Source of the DNA: Candidatus Omnitrophota bacterium
Lineage (GTDB): Bacteria > Omnitrophota > JAUWXU01
DNA: 57,794 nucleotides
Assembly: GCA_034717435.1 (NCBI GenBank)
Contig: JAYELI010000057.1
Location: forward strand, 1-57,794
Direction: 5' to 3'
The translations under genes were made by a program, and so were the position numbers. Below the pieces are notes generated by a model. The model did not search any database. It worked only from the letters and a program-made list of their open reading frames with translations, and was not told the DNA's origin. Below, one piece after another: positions 36,797 through 45,708 of this stretch (its first letter is position 1; the number at the start of each line of letters is the position of its first letter).

Positions 36797-37573
36797 ATGA
36801 TCTTAAATAAGATATTAAGCCAGAAAAGAAAAGAGATTGAAGAGGCAAAAGCAAAAGTTTCCCAAAAAGGACTTATAGAAAAAAAATCCGATTTTCCCGG
36901 CCGGCGCGATTTCAAATCGGCAATAAGCAAAGCTCATCAAATTAACCTGATAGCTGAGATTAAAAAAGCCAGTCCTTCAAGAGGGATAATCAGAGAGGAT
37001 TTTAATCCTGTCAGGATCGCCCAGCTTTATCAAAATAGCGCGGCCCGGGCAATATCTATTCTGACTGATCAACAATTTTTTAAAGGAAGCCTTGACTATT
37101 TAAACCAGGTAAGACAGGTAGTTACTCTGCCGATTTTACGAAAAGATTTTATTATTGATGAGTATCAAATTTATCAATCTGCTTTGGCCGGGGCTGATGC
37201 CGTACTTTTGATTGCAGCTATACTTTCCGGAGAGGAATTGAACAGATTCTTATCCGTAGCATCCGGGATAGGCCTGGATGTGATTGTAGAGATTCATTCA
37301 GAAAAGGATATAGAAAAGCTTAGTCAGACAGACCCTTTGATTATCGGGATTAATAACCGGGATTTGGTTTCTTTCGAGGTTAACCTGGACACTACTGAAC
37401 GACTAATCAGATTGCTGCCTAAAGGTAAAATTATAATTTCAGAAAGCGGGGTTAAAACCCATCAGGATGTTATGAAGTTAAAAAGTTTGGGTGTAAATGC
37501 AGTATTGATTGGTGAGGGTTTTATGGAGAGCGAAGATATCAGCGCTAAGGTGAAAGAAGTGATGGGGTGCTGA
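36797..37573 (+). CDS. trpC: Indole-3-glycerol-phosphate synthase
   Basis: IAEIKKASPS, and ILRKDFIIDEYQIY. Confidence 0.9.
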   Translation: MILNKILSQKRKEIEEAKAKVSQKGLIEKKSDFPGRRDFKSAISKAHQINLIAEIKKASPSRGIIREDFNPVRIAQLYQNSAARAISILTDQQFFKGSLDYLNQVRQVVTLPILRKDFIIDEYQIYQSALAGADAVLLIAAILSGEELNRFLSVASGIGLDVIVEIHSEKDIEKLSQTDPLIIGINNRDLVSFEVNLDTTERLIRLLPKGKIIISESGVKTHQDVMKLKSLGVNAVLIGEGFMESEDISAKVKEVMGC

Positions 37574-37748
37574 TGAATTGCTAAACTGTTAAGTCCGTCG
37601 TGCGTTATGCGTATTGCGTTGTGCGCTATGCGCTGTGCGCTTTGCGTTTTGACGCTTTTAAATCCCGTTTTTCTTTAAAAAATAGTTTTTGTTTTTTTTG
37701 ACGCATTACGCACGACGCATAACGCATAACGCACAGCGCATAACGCAC
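37574..37748. repeat. Composite element: two TAAAYTGY-type words, then a GCGYTRTG octamer-array hairpin
   Basis: The left arm (37597-37655) reads gtgcgtta tgcgtatt gcgttgtg cgctatgc gctgtgcg ctttgcgt. The loop is T-rich. The right arm (37700-37748) is built of complementary words, with mismatches at the degenerate positions. Confidence 0.8.
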
Positions 37749-37771
37749 TTATTGAAAAGGATTTTGTTTAA

Positions 37772-38395
37772 ATGACCAAGGTCAAGATATGCGGGATTAC
37801 TAATTTAGATGATGCTCTGGCTGCAACCGAGTTAGGAGCAGACTTTTTGGGATTTGTTTTTAGCCAACAGAGCCCCCGGCAGATCAAGATTAAACAAGCA
37901 GTCAAGATCATCAGCTCGCTTCCCGGAAACGTATCTACGGTTGGATTGTTTGTCAACCAGCGAGGGCTGTTAGTCAAATTAGCTTCCCAAGAATGCGGTT
38001 TTAATTACCTGCAATTTCACGGAGATGAATCCCCGCATTATTGCCAGCAGATTAGAAAAGAAGTTAAGATTATCAAGGCGTTCAGGGTCAAGGACAAAGA
38101 TAGCTTAAAAAATCTTGCTGATTATGATGTTGATATATATTTGCTGGATGCTTACAACAAAGACAACTTTGGGGGAAGCGGCAGCATGTTTAACTGGGAC
38201 CTGGCAATTGAACCTAAGAAGATTGGCAAGCCGATCATTTTGGCTGGAGGCCTTACGCCTAAAAATGTAATAAAGGCCATAGAAAAAGTAAGGCCGTATG
38301 CAGTCGATGTTTCCAGCGGGATCGAGAAGGGCCCGGGCAGGAAGGACCACAAATTAATTAAGAAGTTTATTGAACAGGTTAGAAGCGCAGGTTAA
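37772..38395 (+). CDS. trpF: Phosphoribosylanthranilate isomerase
   Basis: KICGIT, LQFHGDE and DVSSGIE motifs. Confidence 0.88.
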   Translation: MTKVKICGITNLDDALAATELGADFLGFVFSQQSPRQIKIKQAVKIISSLPGNVSTVGLFVNQRGLLVKLASQECGFNYLQFHGDESPHYCQQIRKEVKIIKAFRVKDKDSLKNLADYDVDIYLLDAYNKDNFGGSGSMFNWDLAIEPKKIGKPIILAGGLTPKNVIKAIEKVRPYAVDVSSGIEKGPGRKDHKLIKKFIEQVRSAG

Positions 38396-38409
38396 GGAGG
38401 TCTGAACAG

Positions 38410-39600
38410 ATGCAGCCGGATAAACAGGGTTATTTTGGCCGATTTGGCGGTAAGTTCATTCCTGAAACCCTGACTACTGTCTTAAAGGAATTAGGGGCTG
38501 AGTATAGCCATGCCCGAAAAGACAAAATTTTTCAAAAAGAGCTGAGTTGCTACTTAAACGAGTACGCAGGCAGGCCTACCCCTTTATATTACGCAGCCAG
38601 GTTTAGCAAGTTTCTTAAAGGCCCTAAGATCTATCTAAAAAGGGAAGACCTTTGTCACACTGGTGCTCATAAGATAAATAATACCCTGGGCCAGGTGCTT
38701 TTGGCCCGGCGGATGAAAAAGCAACGCATTATTGCCGAAACAGGCGCCGGCCAGCACGGTGTTGCCACAGCTACTGCGGCTGCTATGTTTGGCTTGAAGT
38801 GCGTTGTTTATATGGGCGTAAAAGATATTGAGCGCCAGGCTTTGAATGTTTTTCGAATGAAACTTCTTGGTGCTGAGCTGAGGCCGGTAACCAGCGGCAG
38901 TCAGACCTTAAAAGATGCCTGCAACGAAGCAATAAGAGACTGGGTGACTAACGTTAAGGATACTTATTATGTTATCGGTTCAGTCGTAGGCCCGCACCCC
39001 TATCCAATGATGGTCAGGGATTTTCAAACAGTAATCGGAAAAGAAACAAGGGTTCAGATTTTGAAAAAAGAAGGCAGGCTGCCGGATTATTTGGTTGCCT
39101 GTGTTGGAGGGGGCAGTAATTCTATCGGCCTATTCCACCCTTTCTTTAATGATAAAAAAGTAAAGTTTGCCGGGATAGAGGCGGCAGGATTTGGTATTAA
39201 AACAAGTAAGCATGCGGCTACCCTGATTAAGGGCAGCATTGGTGTATTACACGGGGCCAAAAGTTATCTCCTGCAGGATAAGGATGGCCAGATTAATATA
39301 GCCCACTCTCTTGCTCCGGGCCTGGATTATCCGGGAGTAGGGCCGGAGCATTCTTATTATAAAGAAATAGGCCGGGCCAGGTATCTGGCTGTTACTGATA
39401 AGCAAGCCCTGGCCGGTCTTAAATTATTGTCAGAGGTCGAGGGTATTATACCCGCGCTTGAGTCTGCCCACGCCATAGCCTATGTTCAAAAGCTCGCTCC
39501 GCAGTTAACTAAAAATAAAATTGTAGTAGTTTGCCTTTCCGGCCGGGGCGATAAGGATATAGACATTGTACAAAAGGCGAACCTGAAAAGATTTAATTAA
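38410..39600 (+). CDS. trpB: Tryptophan synthase beta chain
   Basis: HTGAHKINN (PLP lysine), GGGSNSIG. Confidence 0.95.
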   Translation: MQPDKQGYFGRFGGKFIPETLTTVLKELGAEYSHARKDKIFQKELSCYLNEYAGRPTPLYYAARFSKFLKGPKIYLKREDLCHTGAHKINNTLGQVLLARRMKKQRIIAETGAGQHGVATATAAAMFGLKCVVYMGVKDIERQALNVFRMKLLGAELRPVTSGSQTLKDACNEAIRDWVTNVKDTYYVIGSVVGPHPYPMMVRDFQTVIGKETRVQILKKEGRLPDYLVACVGGGSNSIGLFHPFFNDKKVKFAGIEAAGFGIKTSKHAATLIKGSIGVLHGAKSYLLQDKDGQINIAHSLAPGLDYPGVGPEHSYYKEIGRARYLAVTDKQALAGLKLLSEVEGIIPALESAHAIAYVQKLAPQLTKNKIVVVCLSGRGDKDIDIVQKANLKRFN

Positions 39601-39622
39601 TGAGTATTAGTAAAGGGTGATA

Positions 39623-40426
39623 ATGAACAGAATCGATAAAAGATTAAACGAGTTGAGGAAAGAGGGAAAGAAGGCGTTTATTGCTTATATTACCTGCGGG
39701 TATCCCAATCTTAAGCTGACCGAGTCTTTGATGATTGAGCTTAGCCGGGCAGGGGTGGATATGATAGAGATGGGGATGCCTTTTTCAGATCCCATGGCTG
39801 ACGGAATAACCATCCAGATGTCTTCTCAGGCAGCACTTAAAAACAAGATAACCTTGACTAAGGTATTTAGCCTGGCCAGGAGATTAAGGGCAAAGATAGA
39901 GGCCCCTTTGATATTGTTTACATATTATAACCCTATTTATCACATGGGGATAGCAAAAATAGGTAAAAGACTGCTCAGCTCAGGAATTGACGGCCTGATT
40001 GTCCCGGATCTTTTACCCGAAGAAGCCGGCGGATTAAAAAGTGAACTTAAAAAATATAACCTGGACTTGATCTATTTAGCAGCTCCAACTACAAAAACAT
40101 CCAGGATGAAGAAAATAGCCCAGCAGTCCAAAGGATTTATTTATTATATTTCAAGGACAGGGATAACCGGTGCGAGAAAAGACATATCTTCGGATATTGA
40201 GTACAACATGGATCGCATCAAACGTATTGCTAAAAAGCCGGTTGTGGTTGGTTTTGGTATTTCAAATCCGGCTCAGGCAGCTCAAATTGCCCGTATTAGC
40301 GACGGCGTAGTGGTAGGCAGTGCTATTGTTAACCAGATAAAGAAGAATCTGGGGAAACCCAATCTGGTCAAAAAAGTCGGAGAATTTGTCGGTGAATTAG
40401 TAAAGGCGGCGAAGGAAGCAAGGTAA
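39623..40426 (+). CDS. trpA: Tryptophan synthase alpha chain
   Basis: PFSDPMADG and YYISRTGITG motifs. The ORF opens at GTG 39617. Confidence 0.92.
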   Translation: MNRIDKRLNELRKEGKKAFIAYITCGYPNLKLTESLMIELSRAGVDMIEMGMPFSDPMADGITIQMSSQAALKNKITLTKVFSLARRLRAKIEAPLILFTYYNPIYHMGIAKIGKRLLSSGIDGLIVPDLLPEEAGGLKSELKKYNLDLIYLAAPTTKTSRMKKIAQQSKGFIYYISRTGITGARKDISSDIEYNMDRIKRIAKKPVVVGFGISNPAQAAQIARISDGVVVGSAIVNQIKKNLGKPNLVKKVGEFVGELVKAAKEAR

Positions 40427-41449
40427 ATGAACAAAAAACTGTATTGCTTAATTATGGCTGGCGGAGAAGGTAAGAGGTTTTGGCCCAAGAACAAGAAAAA
40501 AAAAGGAGTTTCCAAACAATTTTTTTCGATCAGGGGTAAATCCTCAATGCTTGAAGTGACATTTCAAAGAATGAAAAGGGTTACTTCCAGCAAGAGGATT
40601 TTCATAGTCATAAATAAAAAGCAGGCGGTATTTGCGAAAAAGAAAATACCTTCTTTAAGGCAAGACGCTTTTATATTGGAACCGTTTGGCCGCAATACCG
40701 CAGCGGCAATAGGACTGGCTGCTTTGCATCTCCAGATTAAAGACCCATCGGCAATTATGCTGGTTAGCCCCTGCGATCATATTATAAAAAATAATAAGAA
40801 ATTTTTACAAGCTGTCAGCCTGGCGGTAAAAACAGCTGTTTCTGGCAGTCTCTTAGTGACTATCGGGATAGAACCGGCTCATCCGGATGTGGAATATGGG
40901 TATATAAAGATTAAAAGACACCCCTCGACTTCGTCCCTCGACAAGCTCGGGACTTCGCCCGGGGCAGGGAAGACAGAAGACACCCCTCGACTTCGTCCCT
41001 CGACAAGCTCGGGACTTCGCCCGGGGCAGGGAGATCAGAAAAATAAAATATTTAAGGTTGAAAAGTTTACAGAAAAGCCGGATAGAAAAACAGCCGAGAG
41101 GTTTTTAAAAAGCGGTGATTATTTCTGGAACAGCGGTATATTTGCCTGGAAGGCGCAGGTAATATTAGATGCGATCGCCGAATATATGCCCGAGCTTTTC
41201 AAAGCGCTTTTGGAAGTTAAGAGTTCCTTTGGCTTACCCGAACAGGAAGAAGTTTTAAATAGGGCTTACAGCCGGCTTAAATGTGTGCCGATTGATTCCG
41301 GCATTATGGAGCAGGCTGAAAACGTAGTCAGCTTAAAGGCGGATTTTGGCTGGGATGACCTTGGGCACTGGGAAGACGCCAGAAAATATGCGAAGGATTT
41401 TAGGATTAGACATAGGACAAAAAAGAATAGGCCTGGCTCTAAGCGATAG
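40427..41449 (+). CDS. Mannose-1-phosphate guanylyltransferase-like nucleotidyltransferase carrying an in-frame repeat insertion
   Basis: MAGGEGKRFWP, GYGYIK and EKPD motifs. About 38 aa of repeat-encoded sequence sit between GYGYIK and EKPD. Confidence 0.75.
   Translation: MNKKLYCLIMAGGEGKRFWPKNKKKKGVSKQFFSIRGKSSMLEVTFQRMKRVTSSKRIFIVINKKQAVFAKKKIPSLRQDAFILEPFGRNTAAAIGLAALHLQIKDPSAIMLVSPCDHIIKNNKKFLQAVSLAVKTAVSGSLLVTIGIEPAHPDVEYGYIKIKRHPSTSSLDKLGTSPGAGKTEDTPRLRPSTSSGLRPGQGDQKNKIFKVEKFTEKPDRKTAERFLKSGDYFWNSGIFAWKAQVILDAIAEYMPELFKALLEVKSSFGLPEQEEVLNRAYSRLKCVPIDSGIMEQAENVVSLKADFGWDDLGHWEDARKYAKDFRIRHRTKKNRPGSKR
40916..41032. repeat. Two identical 55-nt direct repeats (40916-40970, 40978-41032; period 62 nt) inside the manC-like CDS
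   Basis: agacacccctcgacttcgtccctcgacaagctcgggacttcgcccggggcaggga occurs twice. Copy 1 is translated as HPSTSSLDKLGTSPGAG and copy 2, in another frame, as TPRLRPSTSSGLRPGQG. Confidence 0.9.
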
Positions 41450-41804
41450 GCTTGGCTGCACTGCTCAGGGCCTGGATACATTAATCAGGGCCAATGATAG
41501 CCGGGACATAGACAGCTTAAGAGAGATCATTAAAAAATATGATGTTGAAGAAATAGTAGCCGGGCTTCCGTTGAATATGAATGGCTCTGCGGGGCCGTCT
41601 GCTGAGAAGGTTATGGGGTTTATTGAAACGTTAAGAAAAGATCTTAAATTACCGGTAAAAACCTGGGATGAGCGCCTGACCAGCTTGCAGGCAAGGGGCG
41701 TGCTTTTACAGGCTAACTTAAGCCGGAAGAAAAGAAAAAAAGTAACTGATAAATTAGCCGCCCAGTTGATATTACAGGGCTATTTGGAAAGTAGAGGAGA
41801 ATAA
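41388..41804 (+). CDS. ruvX: Putative pre-16S rRNA nuclease / Holliday-junction-resolvase-like protein YqgF
   Basis: ILGLDIGQKRIGLALSD, DERLTS. The start was chosen at the ATG that precedes the conserved N-terminus. Confidence 0.85.
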   Translation: MRRILGLDIGQKRIGLALSDRLGCTAQGLDTLIRANDSRDIDSLREIIKKYDVEEIVAGLPLNMNGSAGPSAEKVMGFIETLRKDLKLPVKTWDERLTSLQARGVLLQANLSRKKRKKVTDKLAAQLILQGYLESRGE

Positions 41805-43072
41805 TGTATGAGATAACAAGGCTGGATAGCGGACTAAGGATAGCGACTCACAGGATAAAGGGTATGAATTCGGCGGCTGTCGGGGTGTGGGTAGCTACCG
41901 GTAGCAGATATGAACGAGAAGCCATTTCAGGCATTTCTCATTTTATAGAACACCTTTTATTTAAAGGGACTTCCAAAAGATCGGCCAAAGCAATAAAGAC
42001 ATCTATCGAGGGCAAAGGAGGGTCTTTAAACGGGTTTACATCCGAAGAGGTTACTTGTTTTCTCTGTAAGGTGCTGTTGAAAGACTTAAGGGCCGGAATA
42101 GACGTCCTTTCCGATATGGTAGTTGGGTCATTACTCAATAAAGATGATATAGAAAAAGAAAGGACTGTAATCTGCGAAGAGATAAAGATGTATCTGGACC
42201 TGCCTTCCCATTATGTGAGCGAACTACTCAATGAATTACTCTGGCCATCCCAACCCCTGGGCAGGCTTATATCCGGGACCGTTGATACGGTGGGAAACAT
42301 TAAACGGGCTGATATTGTAAAATATTTAAAATCTCACTATGTTCCTAATAATGTGATCGTGGCTGTTGTGGCGGATTTACCTCATCAGGATATTTTAGGA
42401 TGGTCTGAGAAATATTTAACCCTCGATCCCTTAAAAAAACACTTTCGCTTTCAGCCGGCAAAGGAAAACCAGACCAGGCCGCAGCTTAAATTTCACCGGC
42501 AGGAGACTAAGCAGGTTCATCTTGCTCTTGGCTGCCACTCTTTTTCCAGATTTCATCCTGATAGATATGCTCTTGGCCTTTTGAATGTAATATTAGGGGC
42601 AAATATGAGTTCAAGATTATATGAGACAGTAAGAGAAAAAAGAGGACTGGCTTATGATATTGCCTCTCATCTCAGAAGACATCAGGACACAGGTGTTTTT
42701 AGCGTTAACATGGGAGTGGAAAAAGCAAAGGCAACCAAGGCATTAAAACTGGTGCTTGCTGAGTTAAATAAGATTTCTCAAAACCCGGTTAAAGATAATG
42801 AGATTAAAAGGGCCAAACACTTTTTTAAGGGACAGCTTTTGATAGGATTGGAAGACAGCCTTAATCACATGCTTTGGATGGGAGAGAAGCTGTTGACCGG
42901 CGGCCGCATTCCGGATATTTCAGAAGTAGTGAAAAAAATAGACATGGTTACCAAAAAAGATATAAAACGAGTAGCCGGGAAACTATTTACCAACCGTAAC
43001 ATTAATCTGGCTGTTATCGGTCCTCTTGCCGAGAAGGAAAGAACGAAGATCGAAAAGATATTTTCTTTATGA
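41804..43072 (+). CDS. M16-family zinc peptidase (insulinase-like)
   Basis: HxxEH motif in HFIEHLLFKGT and a downstream EE..R..I.EE region. Confidence 0.85.
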   Translation: MYEITRLDSGLRIATHRIKGMNSAAVGVWVATGSRYEREAISGISHFIEHLLFKGTSKRSAKAIKTSIEGKGGSLNGFTSEEVTCFLCKVLLKDLRAGIDVLSDMVVGSLLNKDDIEKERTVICEEIKMYLDLPSHYVSELLNELLWPSQPLGRLISGTVDTVGNIKRADIVKYLKSHYVPNNVIVAVVADLPHQDILGWSEKYLTLDPLKKHFRFQPAKENQTRPQLKFHRQETKQVHLALGCHSFSRFHPDRYALGLLNVILGANMSSRLYETVREKRGLAYDIASHLRRHQDTGVFSVNMGVEKAKATKALKLVLAELNKISQNPVKDNEIKRAKHFFKGQLLIGLEDSLNHMLWMGEKLLTGGRIPDISEVVKKIDMVTKKDIKRVAGKLFTNRNINLAVIGPLAEKERTKIEKIFSL

Positions 43073-43506
43073 AAGCAATAATTCAAAAAGTAAATAATGC
43101 ATCTGTGAAAGTGAAGGAAGAACTTATCTCTGAAATAGGCAGGGGACTGGTTGTCTTTCTCGGCGTGGAAAAAGGCGATTCATTAAAAGAAGTTGAATTT
43201 CTGGTGGATAGGGCAGTGAAAGTCCGGTGTTTTGAGGACGAAAAAAATAAAATGAACCTATCTGTTAAAGATATAGCCGGAGAAATTCTGGTAGTGCCGG
43301 AATTTACACTTTGTGCCGACCTTTTACGCGGCCGCCGGCCGGGATTTGAAAAAGCAGCTCCGTTCCAGGAGGCTGAAAAACTTTACCGGGATTTTATAGT
43401 CTTACTGGTTAGCCAAGGAGTAAAAATTAAGCAGGGCAAATTTAGAGAACATATGGTGGTCGATATTTCTAACGATGGTCCGGTAACGTTCATTTTGGAC
43501 AGCTAG
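43069..43506 (+). CDS. dtd: D-aminoacyl-tRNA deacylase
   Basis: MKAIIQKV, VVFLGV, and a C-terminal SNDGPVTF motif. Confidence 0.9.
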   Translation: MKAIIQKVNNASVKVKEELISEIGRGLVVFLGVEKGDSLKEVEFLVDRAVKVRCFEDEKNKMNLSVKDIAGEILVVPEFTLCADLLRGRRPGFEKAAPFQEAEKLYRDFIVLLVSQGVKIKQGKFREHMVVDISNDGPVTFILDS

Positions 43507-43549
43507 CAGGAATGAAAGATAATTAAATAGAGAAATCTAAAAATATTTT

Positions 43550-43638
43550 AACGCAGATATACGCAAATCTAACGCAGATAAACGCAGATGTTTTACTTAT
43601 CTGCGACCATCTGCGTGCAATCTGCGAGAATCTGCGTT
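43550..43638. repeat. ACGCAGAT(NN) word-array hairpin
   Basis: Left arm aacgcagat atacgcaaat ctaacgcagat aaacgcagatg. Right arm cttatctgcg accatctgcg tgcaatctgcg agaatctgcgtt. The outermost 9 bp (43550-43558 / 43630-43638) are perfect. Confidence 0.8.
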
Positions 43639-43689
43639 CAAAGTTTTCTGTGTGGTATTATTTTAAAATCTGTGTAATTAAGTATAGAT

Positions 43690-44661
43690 ATGAAAATCAA
43701 AGATTGCGAGATCGAGATAATTAAAGCAGATATTACCCGGCTTGATGTGGATGCAATAGTCAATCCTGCCAATAACAAATTGCTTATGGGCGGAGGTGTG
43801 GCTGGAGCGATAAAAAGAAAAGGAGGTAAGATAATTGAGCAAGAGGCACTAAGCAAGGGAACGATAAAAATCGGAGAAACGATAGTTACTACCGGAGGGA
43901 AGCTTGCCGCAAAATATGTGATCCACGCAGCAACCATGGGTATGGATTTTAAGACCGATGAAGCAAAGATAAGAAAGTCATCTGCCGGCAGCTTGAGGTC
44001 AGCCGAACAAATGAAAATTAAATCAATTGCTTTTCCTGCCCTGGGCTGCGGAGTAGGAGGATTTTCTTATCTGGCTTCGGCAAAGATTATGGCTCAAGAA
44101 ATTGTTAAGTATTTAAGAGGGAAAGGGTTACACCTAAGAAAAATTATTTTTTGTCTTTATGATCAAGAAGCTTATCGGGTTTTTAATAAGGCTGTGTTCA
44201 GGTATCTCGGGCATATTGCCGGCCAACTTCAAAAAGGACCTTTCGTTACCGTGGATGCGATTGTTCTTTCGGGTGAAAAAATAGTTTTGGTTAAAAGGAC
44301 CAATCCGCCCTTTGGATGGGCAATGCCCGGCGGATTTGTCGATTATGGAGAGAGTTTAGAGCAGGCGGTTCGACGGGAAGTAAAAGAAGAAACCGGACTT
44401 GATTTGGAAGGGCTAAAACAATTTCATACTTACTCCAAGCCGGATAGAGACCCCCGGTTTCACACTGTTTCTACGGTTTATACCGGCCAGGGAAAGGGCA
44501 GGCCTGTTGCCGGAAGTGACGCAGGTTCGTTGGCTGTAGTGGGTTTAACCGAGTTAGGTAAATATAAGCTTGCGTTTGACCACAAAGAGATAGTCGGCGC
44601 TTATTTAAAAATGATGGACCCCCGGCATTTTTTGATGTCGAGGATAAATTCGCACAGATAA
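43690..44661 (+). CDS. Macro domain - Nudix hydrolase fusion protein
   Basis: The N-terminal half has [19 protein letters not shown] (macro). The C-terminal half has the Nudix box [24 protein letters not shown]. Confidence 0.8.
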   Translation: MKIKDCEIEIIKADITRLDVDAIVNPANNKLLMGGGVAGAIKRKGGKIIEQEALSKGTIKIGETIVTTGGKLAAKYVIHAATMGMDFKTDEAKIRKSSAGSLRSAEQMKIKSIAFPALGCGVGGFSYLASAKIMAQEIVKYLRGKGLHLRKIIFCLYDQEAYRVFNKAVFRYLGHIAGQLQKGPFVTVDAIVLSGEKIVLVKRTNPPFGWAMPGGFVDYGESLEQAVRREVKEETGLDLEGLKQFHTYSKPDRDPRFHTVSTVYTGQGKGRPVAGSDAGSLAVVGLTELGKYKLAFDHKEIVGAYLKMMDPRHFLMSRINSHR

Positions 44662-44690
44662 TTTATGAAAATCAAAGATTTTCATAAATT
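44660..44690 (+). terminator. Perfect 14-bp AT-rich hairpin immediately after the macro-Nudix stop
   Basis: aatttatgaaaatc (44660-44673) / gattttcataaatt (44677-44690), loop aaa. There is no clean U-tract, so terminator function is uncertain. Confidence 0.45.
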
Positions 44691-44718
44691 ATGTGCTCAT
44701 TTAAAGGAGGGATGAATT

Positions 44719-45705
44719 ATGGAGTTTAACACGCCTGAAGACATACTTAATGTAGGAAGAAAGGAGTTTGGCAAATATAGAAAGTTTACCCCGGCCATAA
44801 TCACGGTTTTAGTTATATTGATAGGTTTGACCGGAATGATTTATTCTATCGGGCCGGACGAAGTAGGCGTAGTGCAGAGATTCGGCAAATACATCAGCAC
44901 AACCTTATCGGGATTGCACATCAAATTGCCTTTTGGAATTGATAAAGTAACCCCGGTAAAGGTGGAGCGTATATTTAAAGAGGAGTTTGGAACAAGGACC
45001 ATACGCCCGGGAGTAAGAAGTAAATATTCCAGCCGCTCATATTCTGATGAATCTCTGATGCTTACCGGTGACCTTAATATTCTGGATGTGCGCTGGATTG
45101 TGCAGTTCAGGATAACTGACCCGGTTAAGTTACTTTTTAATACCAGAGACCCGCAGGATAATGTTCGGGATGTCTCTGAAATTGTGATGCGGAGACTTAC
45201 GGGGGATTATAGTGTGGACGGAGTACTTACTACAAAGAGAGAAGAGATCAATGACCTTGCCCAGCTTGAGATGCAGAAGATATTAGATAGTTATCAAACA
45301 GGCATTCAGATAGTTACCGTTAAATTGTTGGATGTTAATCCACCCGATGAAGTAAAGCCGGCTTTTAACGAGGTTAACGAGGCCAAGCAGGAAAAAGAAC
45401 GGGTGATTAACCAGGCCTGGGAGGCTTATAACAAAGCTGTTCCCCGGGCTAAAGGCGAGGCGGAAAGGACGATCCGCGAAGCTGAAGGGTATGCCTTAGA
45501 TAAGATAAACCGGGCTAAAGGCGAGGCGGAAAGATTCAGCGCTGTCTTAACGGAATACAAAAAGTCCCCGGATATAACTCAAAAAAGGCTTTATTTGGAA
45601 ACGTTAACGGATGTCTTACCTGAATCCAGGCAAAAATATATAATTGACCCGGAACAAACCTCGATATTACCTCTATTGAACATTGGCCGGGAAGGGGGGA
45701 AATAA
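44719..45705 (+). CDS. hflK: FtsH protease modulator HflK (SPFH/band 7)
   Basis: One N-terminal TM segment, an SPFH domain, and repeated AKGEAER. Paired with hflC. Confidence 0.88.
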   Translation: MEFNTPEDILNVGRKEFGKYRKFTPAIITVLVILIGLTGMIYSIGPDEVGVVQRFGKYISTTLSGLHIKLPFGIDKVTPVKVERIFKEEFGTRTIRPGVRSKYSSRSYSDESLMLTGDLNILDVRWIVQFRITDPVKLLFNTRDPQDNVRDVSEIVMRRLTGDYSVDGVLTTKREEINDLAQLEMQKILDSYQTGIQIVTVKLLDVNPPDEVKPAFNEVNEAKQEKERVINQAWEAYNKAVPRAKGEAERTIREAEGYALDKINRAKGEAERFSAVLTEYKKSPDITQKRLYLETLTDVLPESRQKYIIDPEQTSILPLLNIGREGGK

Positions 45706-45708
45706 GTG

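Noticed and set aside
41388-41449. 62-nt overlap of the manC-like 3' end with ruvX as evidence of a frameshift
   Set aside because: The conserved nucleotidyltransferase core ends before the overlap (…DLGHWEDARKY). The tail is short and basic, and ruvX has its canonical N-terminus. The overlap probably reflects a drifted stop codon.
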